Below are positions 55,457 to 55,578 of a DNA stretch of 55,578 bases, in pieces. The notes beneath the pieces are model-generated. The model saw only the letters and a list, made by a program, of their open reading frames with translations, made no database searches and was not told where the DNA came from. Position 1 is the stretch's first letter, and each line of letters begins with the position of its first letter. Position numbers and translations under genes: made by a program. Source of the stretch: a virus (lineage: Duplodnaviria > Caudoviricetes); the IMG/VR virus record IMGVR_UViG_3300032069_000014, positions 1-55,578 of that record. One strand, given 5' to 3'.

Positions 55457-55578
55457 ATGGTGATAAAGGTGAGCGATTGCGGCAGAAAACACCTGGCACT
55501 GGTGCTGTCGATCCTGGGGCTGATTGCGGTTCTGCTCGCCGGGTTCTGGTGGAATCAACAGGCCAGCGCGACCTTGCT
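55457..55578 (+). CDS. Partial membrane protein running off the window end
   Basis: MVIKVSDCGRKHLALVLSILGLIAVLLAGFWW... Confidence 0.45.
   Translation, partial: MVIKVSDCGRKHLALVLSILGLIAVLLAGFWWNQQASATL

Noticed and set aside
54581-55558. 325-aa minus-strand ORF and other minus-strand ORFs (e.g. 21763-22455, 28138-28821)
   Set aside because: Antisense shadows of well-supported + strand genes with no recognisable motifs
1-55578. Alternative genetic code, or a proven closed circle
   Set aside because: Conserved genes are intact under the standard code with all three stops used; no terminal overlap is visible, so completeness is unproven

Overview
This window looks like a near-complete, circularly permuted genome of a tailed dsDNA bacteriophage (about 55.6 kb). 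Essentially all credible genes are on the + strand. No integrase, transposase or repressor was recognised, so a lytic lifestyle is inferred. Layout: (1) a GC-rich lysis/adsorption module at both window ends; (2) TerL, a Mu-type (DUF935) portal, three giant basic proteins, a Mu-type protease/scaffold, two cement proteins, a Mu gpT-type capsid, and neck and tail genes with a -1 frameshifted chaperone; (3) an AT-rich repeat region at 26.3-26.8 kb; (4) an early/replication arm with SNF2 helicase, PD-(D/E)XK nuclease, AAA ATPase, SSB, family A polymerase, RuvC-like resolvase, UDG, primase-helicase and MazG. The early arm carries a 7-deazaguanine DNA-modification pathway: QueD, intein-split QueE, FolE, two QueC paralogues, a DpdA/TGT-like protein and a PRTase. 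The most striking observation is a candidate head-protease cargo system. The giant proteins between portal and protease look like polyproteins of modules delimited by a recurrent x-Tyr|(Ala/Ser/Asp) motif, and three unrelated early proteins share an N-terminal tag, MTDLVRDEKY|SA, ending in the same motif, reminiscent of the T4 capsid-targeting sequence. A perfect 106-bp inverted repeat also brackets the whole early arm. All functional calls come from motif recognition by eye; no database searches were run.
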